64,000 nt of DNA, taken from positions 29,822,001-29,886,000 of the forward strand of contig OZ024742.1 of the NCBI GenBank assembly GCA_964016885.1, in the 5' to 3' direction. Source of the stretch: Eledone cirrhosa. Its lineage: Eukaryota. Shown here piece by piece: positions 39,367 through 53,197 of this stretch (position 1 is the stretch's first letter; each line of letters starts with the position of its first letter). The translations under genes were made by a program, and so were the position numbers. The notes below the pieces were generated by a model. The model was not told the origin of the DNA, made no database searches, and was given only the letters and a program-made list of their open reading frames with translations.

Positions 39367-40262
39367 GAGGTGTGTCAGAAAAGTTCCAGGACTGATGTCA
39401 CAAAAGATTTATTTCAATCCCAAACTTCACACTAAGAGTTTTCTCCTTCAAAGTAATCCCCCTGGAGTCTAATGCACTTTTCCATCCTTTTCTGCCAAGC
39501 TTGCATGAACTCCTGGAAGGATTCTTCCGGGATCCTCCGCAGTTACGTCGTCACGGCCTTTTTGATGTCGTCCACGTCTTCAAAACGGGTCCCCTCCGAG
39601 TCGTACTCGAAGATCCATGACTGATCACCGGTGATGACTGTCCCTAGCAAGTCTGGTTCGGTTTCAAGACGCTCGAGGATGTCCTGGCACACTTGCATGC
39701 GTCGACCCTTCTGGTCATCGTTCAGCAGGTTTGGCACCATCTTCGCGCAGACTTTCCGCATGTCCAAATCTTTAGTGAGAATCTTCCAGACGCTGCCCCG
39801 ATTCATGCTCAGCTCATTTGCCATCAGTCGAACAGTCAGCCGACGATCGCTACGCACCATCTGTCTGACGCGCTCAACGTTGACCTCAGTCTTGGTTGTT
39901 GAGGGTCTTCCTCTCCTGGGGTCATCTTCCACGTCCTTGCGTCCTTCTTTAAACCTCTTGCACACTCAAAAAAACGTGAGCGTGACATCGTCTTATCTCC
40001 ATACATTGCTTGCAGTAATCCCAGTGCTTCTGACGGAGTTTTCAAGTTTGTTCGTTGCTCTGTGCTCATTGCTTGACGACCTGAAACAGAGGACATGTAT
40101 ATAAAATTATGAAGAAAAAAGTTTGATCGCTGCAGAGAGCTAAGATTACAGTTACATACTCCAGGGGGATTACTTTGAAGGAGAAAACTCTTAGTGTGAA
40201 GTTTTCGTTTGAAATAAATCTTTTGTGACATCAGTCCTGGAACTTTTCTGACACACCTCGTA
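39364..40262 (-). mobile_element. Internally deleted mariner transposon with about 105-bp TIRs in (TA)n
   Basis: TIR TACGAGGTGTGTCAGAAAAGTTCCAGGACT. Transposase remnants RFKEGR.DVEDD.R.GRPST, KVCAKMVP and ITGDQSWIFEYD are fused directly to GTRFEDVDDIK. Confidence 0.92.
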
Positions 40263-40517
40263 TATACAAATATATATATTCGCATAAATATATGTGCACG
40301 TACGTGTGTGTAAGTCTGTGTACATGTGTGTGTCTATATGTGTATGTATGTGTGTGTATATATATATGTACGTATATGTGTGTATATGTGTGTATGTTGA
40401 GATCTGTTACCAGCGAAATCCTTCCTTCACAATTGAAGCTTATATATATATATAATATAACAAAGGAAATCTGGTAAGGAACCAGATGGACCATATTTAG
40501 GGTAGTAGAGTGGGAAA

Positions 40518-40637
40518 TAGGAAAAATATGACCCCGACGGCAGAGCTCAAGCCGTTTCGACGGCTATTTCTGGACTAAATTAGTCCAGAAATAGCCGTCG
40601 AAACGGCTTGAACTCTGCCGTCGGGGTCATACTTTTT

Positions 40638-40641
<4 letters not shown>
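40518..40641. repeat. Near-perfect palindrome made of two HHR 3' halves (pLTR inversion junction)
   Basis: GACCCCGACGGCAGAGCTCAAGCCGTTTCGACGGCTATTTCTGGACTAA-A-TTAGTCCAGAAATAGCCGTCGAAACGGC...GGGGTC. Confidence 0.9.
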
Positions 40642-40710
<69 letters not shown>

Positions 40711-40739
40711 TTATGTAATAAACAACATAAGATAATTAT

Positions 40740-40797
40740 TTCATTTACCAGTGGTTTCTTGAAAGCAGATGTATCTGTTTTCAGTCGTCAGAATGAA
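40740..40797 (-). ncRNA. Type I hammerhead ribozyme in inverted pLTR 40711-41021
   Basis: TTCATT-CTGACGA-C TGAAAACAGAT ac ATCTGCTTTCA A-GAAA-CC act GG-TA^AATGAA. Confidence 0.8.
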
Positions 40798-41120
40798 TAA
40801 AACATGGTGTTTTTTTTTTTATTAAATATGTATTTGAAAAAAACAATATAAGAAATATGAAAGTGAGGCTGAGGAAACAACGGGCAAAGAAGAAGAAGGG
40901 AAAAAGAATACATATATATATATAAACAATAAATATATAAACATACACACACTCAACCACGCGCATATACTTAAAAAGTACGTAGACGTATACTTTATCA
41001 CATAAGCGTATATGTGTCTACAGTTCTTACCCATATATACTTTTTCTCCCTCATCTCCTTCTATATCTCTTTATATTTATTATTTTTTTCCTATTATTTA
41101 TAAAATTTGTTTCAGTTGAC

Positions 41121-43510
41121 TTATAATCCCAAAGTGTTATTCCATAGTGGAAGTATTACAAATTTTCTAATTTGCGGAATGATACGATCAATAATCTTTT
41201 TGCTGATATTGCCGATATCAGATTTTGATGGGCACATCAGTCTAATAGATGGGTTCGAGTTAAAGTCAGATGTATGGTCTTTCAGGTTGAAGTGCGGGCT
41301 TTTAGGCGTGAAAGGCTCAGTCCTATCTTCAATCTGGAGCTTTTTTACTATATCACATGATATGTTGTTCAAGGATGTTAGTGCGGTGGTATTTGCTTTC
41401 TTATAGTTTTTTCTAAGTTCTTTTTATATGACCTGGTTATATTTATCGATATCCATGTGGTACAGATTACCAGTTTTGTCAGAATGGACATGGACCTTGT
41501 TTGAATTTTTCAGTTGTAGAAGGGTAGAGTCCAATCCCATTTGGAATTCTGATTTGTGTTTTCTGATAACACTTCCACTATGGGATAACACTTCCCAAGT
41601 TATCGAATGGTTCACTAGCATTGGGAATAAAAACTCAGCTTCATTCATTCAATTCGACATCGATTCTTACTATTCTTCGATTTCTCTAATTCTTTTAAAC
41701 AAAGCACTGATCTTTGCCAGAAATAGATCGGATTTATCTACTGAGGAAATCAACATCATAACTCACGTTAGAAAAACCTTACTAAACTTCCAAGAAGAAT
41801 ACTGGACAAGAAACATATAACAAGCTATTCGATATTACGATAGGATCCATGGACTCTGCTCAAGTTACAGACCTCGTTGGACTATTTCTCCTCTATAACA
41901 TTCATGACTCTTTTCCCCACCTCAAAGGTGGTCTTTATCGGGATGATTGTCTATTGTTATCTAACAATCTTAGCAATTCCAATATAGAGGAAAACAAAAA
42001 ACAAATTAGAAAATTCCTCAAAGACTATTACAGCCTTAGCATCACTTTTGAAAACACTTCAAAAGTAGCTAATTTCCTGGACGTTACCTTAGACCTCTCT
42101 ACGAATACTTATCAACCTTACCACAAACCTAACCAGAATCTACATTATGTACATTCACGATCTAACCACCCTGGCTCTATACTCAAGAACTTAGTATATA
42201 ACATATCTCTTAGACTTTCTAAATTATCTTCCAATGAAATTATATTTTATAATAATGCACCCTTCTACAACGAGGCCTTAACTAGAAGTGGATATAAAGA
42301 GAAAAATCTCATATATCCCCAAAACTACTATGGACCAAAACATAAAACCTAGCAAAAACTACGAACACCAAAAAATACCATTGAAACAAATACCTAAAGT
42401 GGTTATTCCTATTACACCAAACAACCGAAAAACCACAACAACTATTACTACACGATCTATGACCAATGTTATCAACCCACATATGAATACCAAGCACTCA
42501 AAATCTCATAGTCTACCCAAAAATAACACCAAATACAACCACGGTAGTTTACCAAATTCCACAAATACGGATACTAACCATAGGAATTCTTCTAGAACAC
42601 AACACATTAATATAAGTGGTAATAAGAACTTAACTAAAAACCGCAAAAGAAACATAACATGGTTCAACGCACCCTTCAACCTGTAAACTATTGGACAAAT
42701 CCCAAAAAAATTTTTTGAAATTCTACATAAACATTTTCCACCAAACCACAGATACCACCAAATATTTAACAAATATACTGTTAAATTCTCATACTCTACA
42801 TCAAGCAATCTCCAGCAAAAAATAAGCAACTACAACATTTATAAACTTTAAAATAATATGACCACACCACCACAACATAATTTAAATAGGACTGCACCTT
42901 TTAAAAAGGCAAATAATACAATCCTTCAACCTAGAAAACACAACCACCCAAATCACCAACACGAAAACAACAGAACACAAAATCACAATACAACCCTAGC
43001 ACCAAACCACCCACAAAGCAACCTTCATTCTCCTGCTATCATTAATTGCAATAGGAATAGCTCAAGTATTGATGAGATTAGCATGGCTGTAATTGCAGAA
43101 ATAGAAGCATTTGCCCCTTAAATGGCAACTGTTTGATTAATAATGTAATATATAAATGCACTGTGTCTACTACAGACTCCAACAAAACATATATAGGATC
43201 TACATCAAACACATTTAGGAAGAGATTTTACGCAGACTCTAGTAGTTTCAACAATACTAAACTAGCTAACACCACATATTTAGCTGAAGCGGTAAATAAT
43301 TATAAAAAGAAAAAAAATAGATTTCAAGTTATCGTGGAACACCATTCTACAAATAACTCCATATCTTGGGAACAGGAGGGAATGTAGATTATGTTCAGGG
43401 GAGATCTTGGAAATTACTAAATCTAAGGACGATTTATTAAATAAAGGACAGTAATTGATCATAGTTTGTAATCACAGTATACGAAGAACATTTAAATACT
43501 ATAAACCTAA
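41121..43510 (+). pseudogene. Penelope-like element RT and GIY-YIG pseudogene with inverted 5' segment
   Basis: Plus strand: FIQFDIDSYYSSIS, GLYRDD, NFLDVTLDL, SNHP, WFNAPF, NVIYKC..YIGSTS. The upstream RT part (LKDH..F.SNP.IRLMCPSKSDIG) lies on the minus strand at 41121-41545. Confidence 0.85.
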
Positions 43511-43726
43511 TTAAATATTCTAAATAGCAACTCACTATAATTCTATATAGAGTGACATTTATTACTACCCCTTTCCCCTAATTATATGCATTCATGGTTA
43601 TTTTTTACCTTTTAATGTTTTAGCTTCCATAGGTTTATGCGTTAATGACTAAAGGCAACAAGGTACACAACCACCCGTAATTGCATGAATAAATATATAT
43701 CTATGTATGATATGGAAATATATTTA

Positions 43727-43757
<31 letters not shown>

Positions 43758-43815
43758 TTATGTATGTGCATATATGTATGTATGTATATATATATGTATA
43801 TGTATGTGTGTGTGT

Positions 43816-43855
<40 letters not shown>

Positions 43856-43978
43856 TTGCGTGTGTGTATATGTGAGTATAGGTGTATGAGTGTTTATATA
43901 TGAGTGTGTGTACATGTATGAGGAGTGTACATACACACACATATATATGTATGTGTGTGTGTATATATATATATATGA

Positions 43979-44014
<36 letters not shown>

Positions 44015-44798
44015 ATATGTATATATATATGTATGTATGTGTGTGTATATAAATATATATGTATATATGTGGGTATAGGTGTGTATGTGTGGATATAGAT
44101 ATGTATGGATATATATGTATATGATTATGTGCATATGTGTAAATGTGTATTTAGGTTTGCATCTATTTGTGCGTATGTATATTTTTGGTTTGATATCAAT
44201 ATAACTGCACCTCTCTCTATATGTGGTGTGAATATATGCACTTTGTAATCTATGAAATGTATGTGTTTTAACTATGCCAACATGTATTTATCTGAGTTTT
44301 ATTATTTATGCATAAACATACTTGATAGTATTTTAGAGCGTATCATATGCTGTATTATACTAAGTGCAATTTACCACACCGTACTATATTGTGTTGGTTA
44401 AGTTGTATATTATCGCATTACGTATTTAATTATCTTTTCATCTTTTAATATACTATCTTTCCTAGCCATAACCTTAATTTATATTCACCTAAAAACTCAA
44501 TACAACACTAATCACCATTTATTTTGACATTCTTTTTAACTTCACTATACCAGATACATTCAACTATCAGTTTGACAATCCCTTTCCTCCTAATAGATTT
44601 TTATGCCAATTCTACTATTAACACCATTCAACCATTCCTTTCAAAGGGGGATGATCTCAACTAAAGTGTATTACTTTTCATCTTAACACCATATGAAAAA
44701 AACAATTTGATTCGTTAGTTCTTTAAATACTTCCAAATAAGGACATGATACTAACATACTAATAATTCTGAATAAAATTATTATTGAATAAAATTATT

Positions 44799-44938
44799 AT
44801 TGCTTTTGGAAACAGCTGGTGATATGCATGTAAGTAAATATTCTCTTTATCTGATATTTTGTAACTAACCTTATATAGATCAATAACGGAGTATAGCTAC
44901 AATGTATTATCATCATCTACAAACGATCGTAAAGCAGT
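44799..44938 (+). ncRNA. Degenerate long-stem-II HHR
   Basis: ATTGCTT-TTGGAAA-...-CAAA-CGATCG-TA^AAGCAGT. Stem I is intact, with two core substitutions. It is related to 24073-24221. Confidence 0.5.
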
Positions 44939-45120
44939 GAAGTATATCTCTAATGACATGAATTTTTGTTTCATTGTTTTAACTTATATCATGACTCTGT
45001 TTTCCTTTTAATGTTTTATTGTTTTCCGAGATTTATCTTAACCTACAACATTTTCAACATATGGATTACATCGAGTTCTTCATGCAGAATAGACCCCACA
45101 ACTTACTGTGGATACCTCTG

Positions 45121-45151
<31 letters not shown>

Positions 45152-45188
45152 ACGTGTGTATGTGTGTGTATGTGTGTATATATATATG

Positions 45189-45222
<34 letters not shown>

Positions 45223-45242
45223 TGTATGCGTGTGTATGTATT

Positions 45243-45291
<49 letters not shown>

Positions 45292-45794
45292 ATGTGTTTG
45301 TATGTATATATATTTATGTGTGTGAGTTTATTTATGTTTATATTATACTTATATATGGTTCTATGTGTGTTTACGTATATAGTTGTGTGTATACAGGTTG
45401 TATATATGCTTTTGTTTTTGTCTGTATAGTCTTACGTATGGTTTTGTATGCGTGTGTTGATTTCTTATTACGTACGAGTGCGCGCACGCATGTGTATATG
45501 TTTGTACGTAGGTTTTATACCGATGCTCTTTTTTGTAGTGTTTATGCGTGTGTTAGTATATTTGGTGGTATGCATGTTTTTATATACGTGTGTATGCGTG
45601 TGTATGTGTATGCGTATATGTATTTTTGCACGCATGTGTATGTGAATTTGTACGTATGTTTATTTTATATTTCATATTTTTATATTTTTGTGTATATATA
45701 TATATATGTATATATAGATACATTTGTGTATGTGTTTTTATAAGTGTGTATGAGTATTTCTGCATGTTTGTGTGTGTGTGTGCGTGTGTATGTA

Positions 45795-45848
<54 letters not shown>

Positions 45849-47097
45849 AACAAGTAAGAGCCCGACGGCTGAGCTCAAGCCGTTTCTGGTATTTAAATAG
45901 CCGAGCTTATCAAGGGGTAATTCCATATATGGTCAAAGAGATAATCACCAGGATTGGTCACATCACAAGTTAGTAGTAAATCTGTGATGGCAAATTGGTG
46001 AGGGAAGGGGTAGCTGAACCTGCCGATCGGAGAAAAAGGGAGAGGGGATGGAGTAGACCCATTCATGCGGTGGTAGTGCCGGCTACAGCTGGGTGTGAGG
46101 TCAAAGAGGATACTGGGGAGGGGGAGGAAGTCGAAACGGTAAGTAGAACAACGGGGGGTAAAACTATAAAAAGTACTGAGAGAGAAAAAAAAAAAGCAAA
46201 GTCTGGTTACTAAGACTTAAGTCTCTCGCTATTGCTAGGCTAAAGAAATACATTAATAAATAAATAAACAAATAAGTGAATAAAAGAATAGATAAATTAA
46301 TTTAAAAAAAAAAAATATATATATATATATATATAATGAAGAATAAAAAAATAAATAAAAATAAACTAGGTGGGACGGAATTAAAGGGACCCTTATACGA
46401 GGTATAAGTGCGTGTATCGTACGGTGACGGGTCAACAAAGGGGGGGGGGACCAAAATACTAAAGAGACTGCCACGAAATAATAAAGGTTTCTACCCCAAT
46501 CACAGGGCCAGCAACCACCCAGAGCAAGAAAGTAAACTAGTACGAGAATATAATTCAGGGTCCCGCAAAAAAATACTCGTGCTAACTCTAAGGGTACCGC
46601 CACGAAACAAAATGTCTTATACAAGCTACATGAAAGATCGTACAAAGTAAAAGTAAAGAACGGAAAATTAATACAGAAACACCCCCCCCCCCCCCCCCCC
46701 CAAAAAAGGGGGGGGGAATACTGGATAAACGAGAAATTAAAGCAAAGATGCCACTAAGAAATATAGAAGGCACGGAAAAAAGGGACAGCGGTCGGAGAAG
46801 GGGGCAAGTATCCGAAGTCTAACACCTCTGCTATAAAAAGCGGAGTCAGCCAAATCTATCATAGAATAGGGGAGGGGTGGTGGTACTGAAGCTACAAAGG
46901 ACCGAGGGGCTACCTCGGGTGGGCGAGAAAAAGACGACGACAAAGAAAGGGAACTGGGGTAGAAGGACTAGGGAGGGATGGGGGGAGAAGGAGGAAATAT
47001 AGAGGAAGCGATAAAAGAATGTAAAAGAAGATCTTACGTCTCCATTGGCAAGCAGGGGTTACCCCTTACAAAATAGGCAAGTGGGGGTGTTATAGCC

Positions 47098-47746
47098 CTA
47101 GTCTACCCCCCCCGCCCCCGGGTCATTATGGGGTTTGAGGGCGAGGTAAGTCCTACGTAATCGGTGTTTACATGCAGTAACCAGTTCATCTTTCTTGTTT
47201 AGAAGTTGGTCCGTCGAAAACAACATTTGTAAAATTTCCTCCGAGCATAAATTGCACGGACGGCGTCCTCCCGTGTAAGAGTTGGCTCTGGACAGTAATT
47301 TCCAAGTGAGATCATAGTTGATGTTGTTGTCCTTGAGGTCCCATATGTGGCCCGAAAGTGTAGTGGCGTGACGCCGGGCCGGGTTTCGGAAGGTATATCT
47401 GTGTTGGTATAGCCGGGTCTTGAAGTCACATGCGGTTAATCCTATATAAGCTTTGTTGGAGGTGTCCGTGCTCACGTTGCACTGGTAGATCACATTACGG
47501 TCTCTGCATCTGTTGTCGAGGGGGCAACTGGATCTATCAGGACAGTTGCACCTCCTGGTCGGCTCTCCGCTGCTATTTAGGTTGTTTCTTCCATCGGGGT
47601 TGAGTTTTTTGTTGTTAGGAGGAGACGATGTTTTGTGCGAAGTTAGGTGTAGTGCTGTAAGAGAGTTTGATGGTATTTTTGTTAATTATGTTGTGGTAGC
47701 GGTGTTGTGGTGGGAAGTGTTTTTCAATGAGCCTAAAGAAAATTTT
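47098..47746 (-). pseudogene. PLE RT thumb/linker plus GIY-YIG endonuclease remnant
   Basis: KHFPPQHRYHNIINKNTIKLSYS; VIYQCNV..AYIGLTACDFKTRLYQH; CNLCSEE; LLNKKDEL..CKH. Confidence 0.88.
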
Positions 47747-48469
47747 CGTACGATCTGTCATGTAGCTTGTATAAGACTTTTTGTTTCGTGGCGGTACCCT
47801 TAGAGCTAGCACGAGTAATTTTTTGCGGGACCCTGAATTATATTCTCGTACTAGTTTACTTTCTTGCTCTGGGTGGTTACTGGCCCTGTGATTGGGGTAG
47901 AAACCTTTATATTTCGTGGCAGTCTTTTTAGTATTTTGCCCCCCCCCCCCCCCCCTTGCTGACCCGTCACCGTACGATGCACGCACTTATACCTCGTATA
48001 AGGGTCCCTTTAATTCCGTCCCACCTAGTTTATTTTTATTTATCTTTTTATTCTTCATTATATATATATATATATATTTTCTTTTAAATTTATTTATCTA
48101 TTCTTTTATTCACTTATTTGTTTATTTATTTATTTATGTATTTCTTTAGCCTAGCAATAGCGAGAGACTTAAGTCTTAGTAACCAGACTTTGCTTTTTTT
48201 TTTCTCTCTCAGTACTTTTTATAGTTTTACCCCCCGTTGTTCTACTTACCGTTTCGACTTCCTCCCCCTCCCCAGTATCCTCTTTGACTTCACACCCAGC
48301 TGTAGCCGGCACTACCAACGCATGAATGGGTCTACTCCACCCCCTCTCCCTTTTTCTCCTACCGGCAGGTTCAGCTACCCCTTCCCCCACCAATTTGCCT
48401 TCACAGATTTACTACTAACTTGTGATGTGACCAATCCTGGTGATTATCTCTTTGACCATATATGAAATT

Positions 48470-48563
48470 ACCCCTTGATAAGCTCGGCTATTTAAATACC
48501 AGAATAAATTTTCATTCAGTCCAGAATTAGCCGTCGAAACGGCTTGAGCTCAGCCGTCGGGGT
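48470..48563 (+). ncRNA. Hammerhead ribozyme, U3-A8 variant
   Basis: ACCCC-TTGATAA-G ct CGGCTA...TAGCCG t C-GAAA-CGGCT tgagctc AGCCG-TC^GGGGT. The partner copy at 45861-45917 lacks 34 nt of stem II. Confidence 0.85.
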
Positions 48564-48620
48564 CTTACTTGTTCCTATTACCCACTCCACTACCCTAAGT
48601 ATTGAGTACTTTGGTGCGCA

Positions 48621-48681
<61 letters not shown>

Positions 48682-49218
48682 CACGTTGTTCCAGTTTACT
48701 CAGCTGTAGAAATGAGATGATAGGACTGTGGTCCCTATCATTAAATTACCCAAGAGACCTCCAACGAGATATACCACCTTTGCAGCTAAACCTGCAAAGG
48801 TGGGAGCTGTCACACACACACCTCGTGTATTTGTTTATTTTTAATTGTTTTTATTTTTCCCCCCTCTTCTCACTTATCGTTGTCAACACGTATCCTTTGT
48901 CTTTATTTTATTTTTTACTTTGTATCTTTTGTTCTTATTCATTTATTTATTTATTCTTATTACTTCATGTATATGTATATGTATGTATTTTGTCCATGTC
49001 TGTAGACACATATACGCTTATGTGATAAAGTATACGTCTACGTACTTTTTAAGTATATGCGCGTGGTTGAGTGTGTGTATGTTTATATATTTATTGTTTA
49101 TATATATATGGGGATTCTTTTTCTCTTCTTCTTCTTCGCCCGTTGTTTCTTCAGCCTCACTTTCATATTTCTTATATTTTGTTTTCAAATCTATATTTAA
49201 TAAAAACACCATGTTTTA

Positions 49219-49276
49219 TTCCTTCTGACGACTGAAAACAGATATATCTGCTTCCAAGAAACCACTGGTAAATGAA
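49219..49276 (+). ncRNA. Type I hammerhead ribozyme in pLTR about 48830-49372
   Basis: TTCCTT-CTGACGA-CTGAAAACAGAT at ATCTGCTTCCAA-GAAA-CC act GG-TA^AATGAA. Confidence 0.75.
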
Positions 49277-49376
49277 ATAATTATCTTATGTTGTTTATTG
49301 CATAACTAATAAGCTCTGTAGCCTACATAGAGCACTCTTTTTTCCTGTACCTTTCCGACGGAATTACTTCATTTAC

Positions 49377-49407
<31 letters not shown>

Positions 49408-49460
49408 AATGTGTGTGTATATATATATATAAATGTGTATATATATATATATATATATAA

Positions 49461-49504
<44 letters not shown>

Positions 49505-49578
49505 GTATATATATATATATATAAATGTATATATATATATATATATATATAAATGTGTGTGTATATATATATATATAA

Positions 49579-49640
<62 letters not shown>

Positions 49641-49660
49641 GTATATATATATATATATAA

Positions 49661-49729
<69 letters not shown>

Positions 49730-49829
49730 GGAAAGTGAAAAATCGGAGAATAGACCGTTAAAACATGTTTATTGAAAATATCACCTACGTATATATATAT
49801 ATTACAAATTGTATACACACTTTGATTAC

Positions 49830-49892
49830 CTGTACAGGCAATATTTATTAGAATGCTGTTGAAATGTGTATACATTTTTGGGACACCCTGTA
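49830..49892. mobile_element. Solo Tc1/mariner-like terminus
   Basis: Minus strand reads TA-CAGGGTGTCCCAAAAATGTATACAC. No partner TIR seen. Confidence 0.45.
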
Positions 49893-49972
49893 TATATATA
49901 TATATATATAATAACACACACACACACACATATATATATGCACACATACACATGCACATATATACACATGTG

Positions 49973-50005
<33 letters not shown>

Positions 50006-50689
50006 TATGGCCTGCAGGTGAAGCTGTCTCCAATGTCTTAATCTATTTCCTATATCCAACGGTATTATGAAATATTTCGTTAATATCCACAGTATAACAA
50101 ACATTTACACTTCAATAAATCGGTGTGTTGTTACAATTGTGAAATATTACCCCCTTCCCACACACCCTCCCCTCCCCCACCACCTCACTACACTCCACAC
50201 TCCACGCCTACACCACTACCTCACAGTACATTTCACACTACAATAAATCGGTGTGTTGGTACAATTGTGAAATATTACACCTCTCCCCTACCCCGCTACT
50301 CTTCCCCCACCACCTCGCTACACTACACCATCCTCCACCACCACCACCACATACCATCACCAGCAACAACAACAACAACCCACCATCCTCCACCACCACC
50401 ACATACCAACAACAATAAAAACAACCCCACCAGCACCAGCACCACCACCTACATCGCAACACCACCACCACACACCCTATCACTGCCGCCATCACCTCCA
50501 CAACTCACATCAGCATCACATCACACCACCAACAACACTACCACCAGCGCCACCACCACTGCCACCATCACCACCACCACACCATCACCACCACCACCAC
50601 CACCTCCCCATGTTTCACCTCAATATTTACCAAATATGGTGGTGTTAGTCAGTTTACGGAGAATGTATTAAAGTCTCAGCCTTCACATG

Positions 50690-50706
50690 ACTCTCTCTCT
50701 CTTTCT

Positions 50707-50744
<38 letters not shown>

Positions 50745-50962
50745 CTCTCTCTCTCTCTACCTCTCACACACTCTTTCTCTCTCTCTACCTCTCACACACA
50801 CTCTCTCTCTACCTAGCACACACACACACACACACTCTCTCTCGACACCTCTGTACACCTCTCACACACACACACTGTCTCTAAACCTCTCTCATTCTAC
50901 CGTGACTGCTCTCTCTCTCTCTCACACACACACACACTCTCTCTACCTCTCTCACACACACA

Positions 50963-50994
<32 letters not shown>

Positions 50995-51123
50995 ACCTCT
51001 ATCATTCTACATTGACCGCTCTCTCTCTATTCTCTCTCTGACTTTCTCTCTCACACACACTCTCTCTCTCTACCTCTCTCTCACACTCTCACACAAACAC
51101 ACTCGCTCTCTCTACCTCTCTCT

Positions 51124-51190
<67 letters not shown>

Positions 51191-51700
51191 ATTGTCACAA
51201 TCTTTGAATCTCACTCTCTCCGACTCTGCCTCCCACTCTCACTCTCTCTACTTATCCTTTCTCATTATCTATCTCTATACTTCTTTCTTTCTACCTCTCT
51301 CTCTCTTCACCTCTTTCTTTCTACCTCTCTATTCACCTCTCTTCACCTCTTTCTTTCTACCTCTCTCTCTTCACCTCTTCTTTCTACATCTCTCTCTTCA
51401 CCTCTTTCTTTCTACCTCTCTCTCTTCACCTCTTCTTTCAACCTCTCTCTCTTCACCTCTTTCTTCTACCTCTCTCTCTACCTCTACATCTCTCCCTACC
51501 TCTCTCTCTCTCCCTATCTCTAACTCTCTCTCTACCTATCTCTACCTCTCTCTCTCTCTCTCTACCTCTACTTGTCTCTCTCTCTCCCTACCTCCAAATT
51601 TCTCTCTCCCTACCTCTAACGCTCTCTCTACCTATCTCTACCTCTCTCTCTCTACCTATCTCTCTGCTTCTCTCTATATATATATATATATCTCTCTCCA
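50690..51700. repeat. CT/CA-rich low-complexity tract
   Basis: (CT)n, (CA)n and CTCTACCT-type units. Confidence 0.9.
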
Positions 51701-51824
51701 GGGAGTGTAATGTGAAGTTACAGTAGGTTCACCCAGAGTCGAGCTAGATCGATACAGATCGAACCTTAAGCTGATGAATAGTGAAACACACGTCACCAAT
51801 CAATAAACGTGATGAAGGCTTAAC

Positions 51825-51890
<66 letters not shown>

Positions 51891-51893
<3 letters not shown>

Positions 51894-52593
51894 GTTAGCT
51901 TGGCCGCAAACTAAAGCTTCGTTAATGCTGTACTAAAATTTGTATTTTAACTCCTAGAATTAACGATTAACTGATTAATTTAATTAGATGATTCTATTGA
52001 TTGATTAATTGTTTATGTTTGTTTGATAACTTCTGGTTAAGTGCTTAATTCGGTTTGTCTAAAGGAATTTCATTCCTTCGTCTCAAATTTGAATCCACCG
52101 CCAAAGCGGGGGTTTTCTCCCTTGGAGAAAACCACGTGTCTATAGCGAAATTCACTGCTAGAGCATACCCGCAGAGGCTAAAGAACACAAGACTTGCTGA
52201 AGAAGTAAATCCTTTGTTCTGTCGCCAAAAACCATTAACTTGCAGACCCCTGCAAGTGGAATTTCTCGATCTTGGATTTACAGAAACCTAGCGTGGATGT
52301 TGTGTGCTGTATGTGATGTATATCGTGTGCTATACGATATGCATTATATGTTGCATTCCGTCCCAGCGTTCTGTCCAGGTCAGTCTAAAATCTTTTCCTG
52401 AGTCCTGTATTTTCGTTGCTGTGGTAATGCGGCTGGACTGCCGATCGCTATATTTGATTTGCTAAGCTGTCTAAACGTATTTTTATTACTCTGGGGTACT
52501 ATCCCCATCCGAGTGGTAAAGCTACATACCGAATTTGCATTTGTTAGCTTGGCCGCAAACTAAAGCTTCGTTAATGCTGTACTAAAATTTGTA
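51891..52593 (+). mobile_element. pLTR-like unit with about 50-bp terminal direct repeats and a truncated HHR (52191-52291)
   Basis: GTTAGCTTGGCCGCAAACTAAAGCTTCGTTAATGCTGTACTAAAATTTGTAT occurs twice. CTGAAGA-A GTAAATCC...GGATTTAC A-GAAA-CCTAG has no stem I partner. Confidence 0.55.
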
Positions 52594-52645
52594 TATATAT
52601 ATATACAGATGTGAGAAAAACCACAGACGCTCCATCTCAACTCTA

Positions 52646-52678
52646 CTTTTGAAAAGCAGAACTGCGAAACCGGTAAAG
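52646..52678 (+). ncRNA. 33-nt minimal hammerhead, U3-A8 variant (UUGAAAA)
   Basis: CTT-TTGAAAA-GCAG aa CTGC-GAAA-CCGG-TA^AAG, with an ACCGGT palindrome. Confidence 0.65.
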
Positions 52679-52807
52679 GAACCAAATAAATATATATATA
52701 TTTTTTTAAATAAGACTCCAGTTGCATTTTCGATTTCATCTTTTTTTCTTTATACTTTCACTCGTGTAGGACACCGGTTATTTTTCATTTTGTAAAAAAA
52801 ACCTCAC

Positions 52808-52896
<89 letters not shown>

Positions 52897-52924
52897 ATAT
52901 ATATATATAATATATATATATAAT

Positions 52925-53028
<104 letters not shown>

Positions 53029-53197
53029 CAGGGTAACAAATAATAGTTAAATGCAGTCCACTTAGGTATAGTCCAGTTATGGTATTCCAGGTAGTGGATG
53101 ATATCAACGCTTGGCTTGGTTTGACTCAACAAGATGTTTTCATAGTGATGCTGCGGGTATGCTGTAATTCCTATGTTGTAAACACTTGGAGTAATAA

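Larger units (their letters stand above)
45846..48622 (-). mobile_element. 5'-truncated Penelope-like element with about 800-bp inverted pLTRs
   Basis: 45846-46643 is the reverse complement of 47747-48575. The arms enclose a GIY-YIG coding remnant. Both flanks are (TA)n. Confidence 0.9.

Noticed and set aside
51771-51800. CTGATGA-ATAGT-GAAA-CACACG-TC
   Set aside because: Stem II is nearly absent and stem I does not pair.
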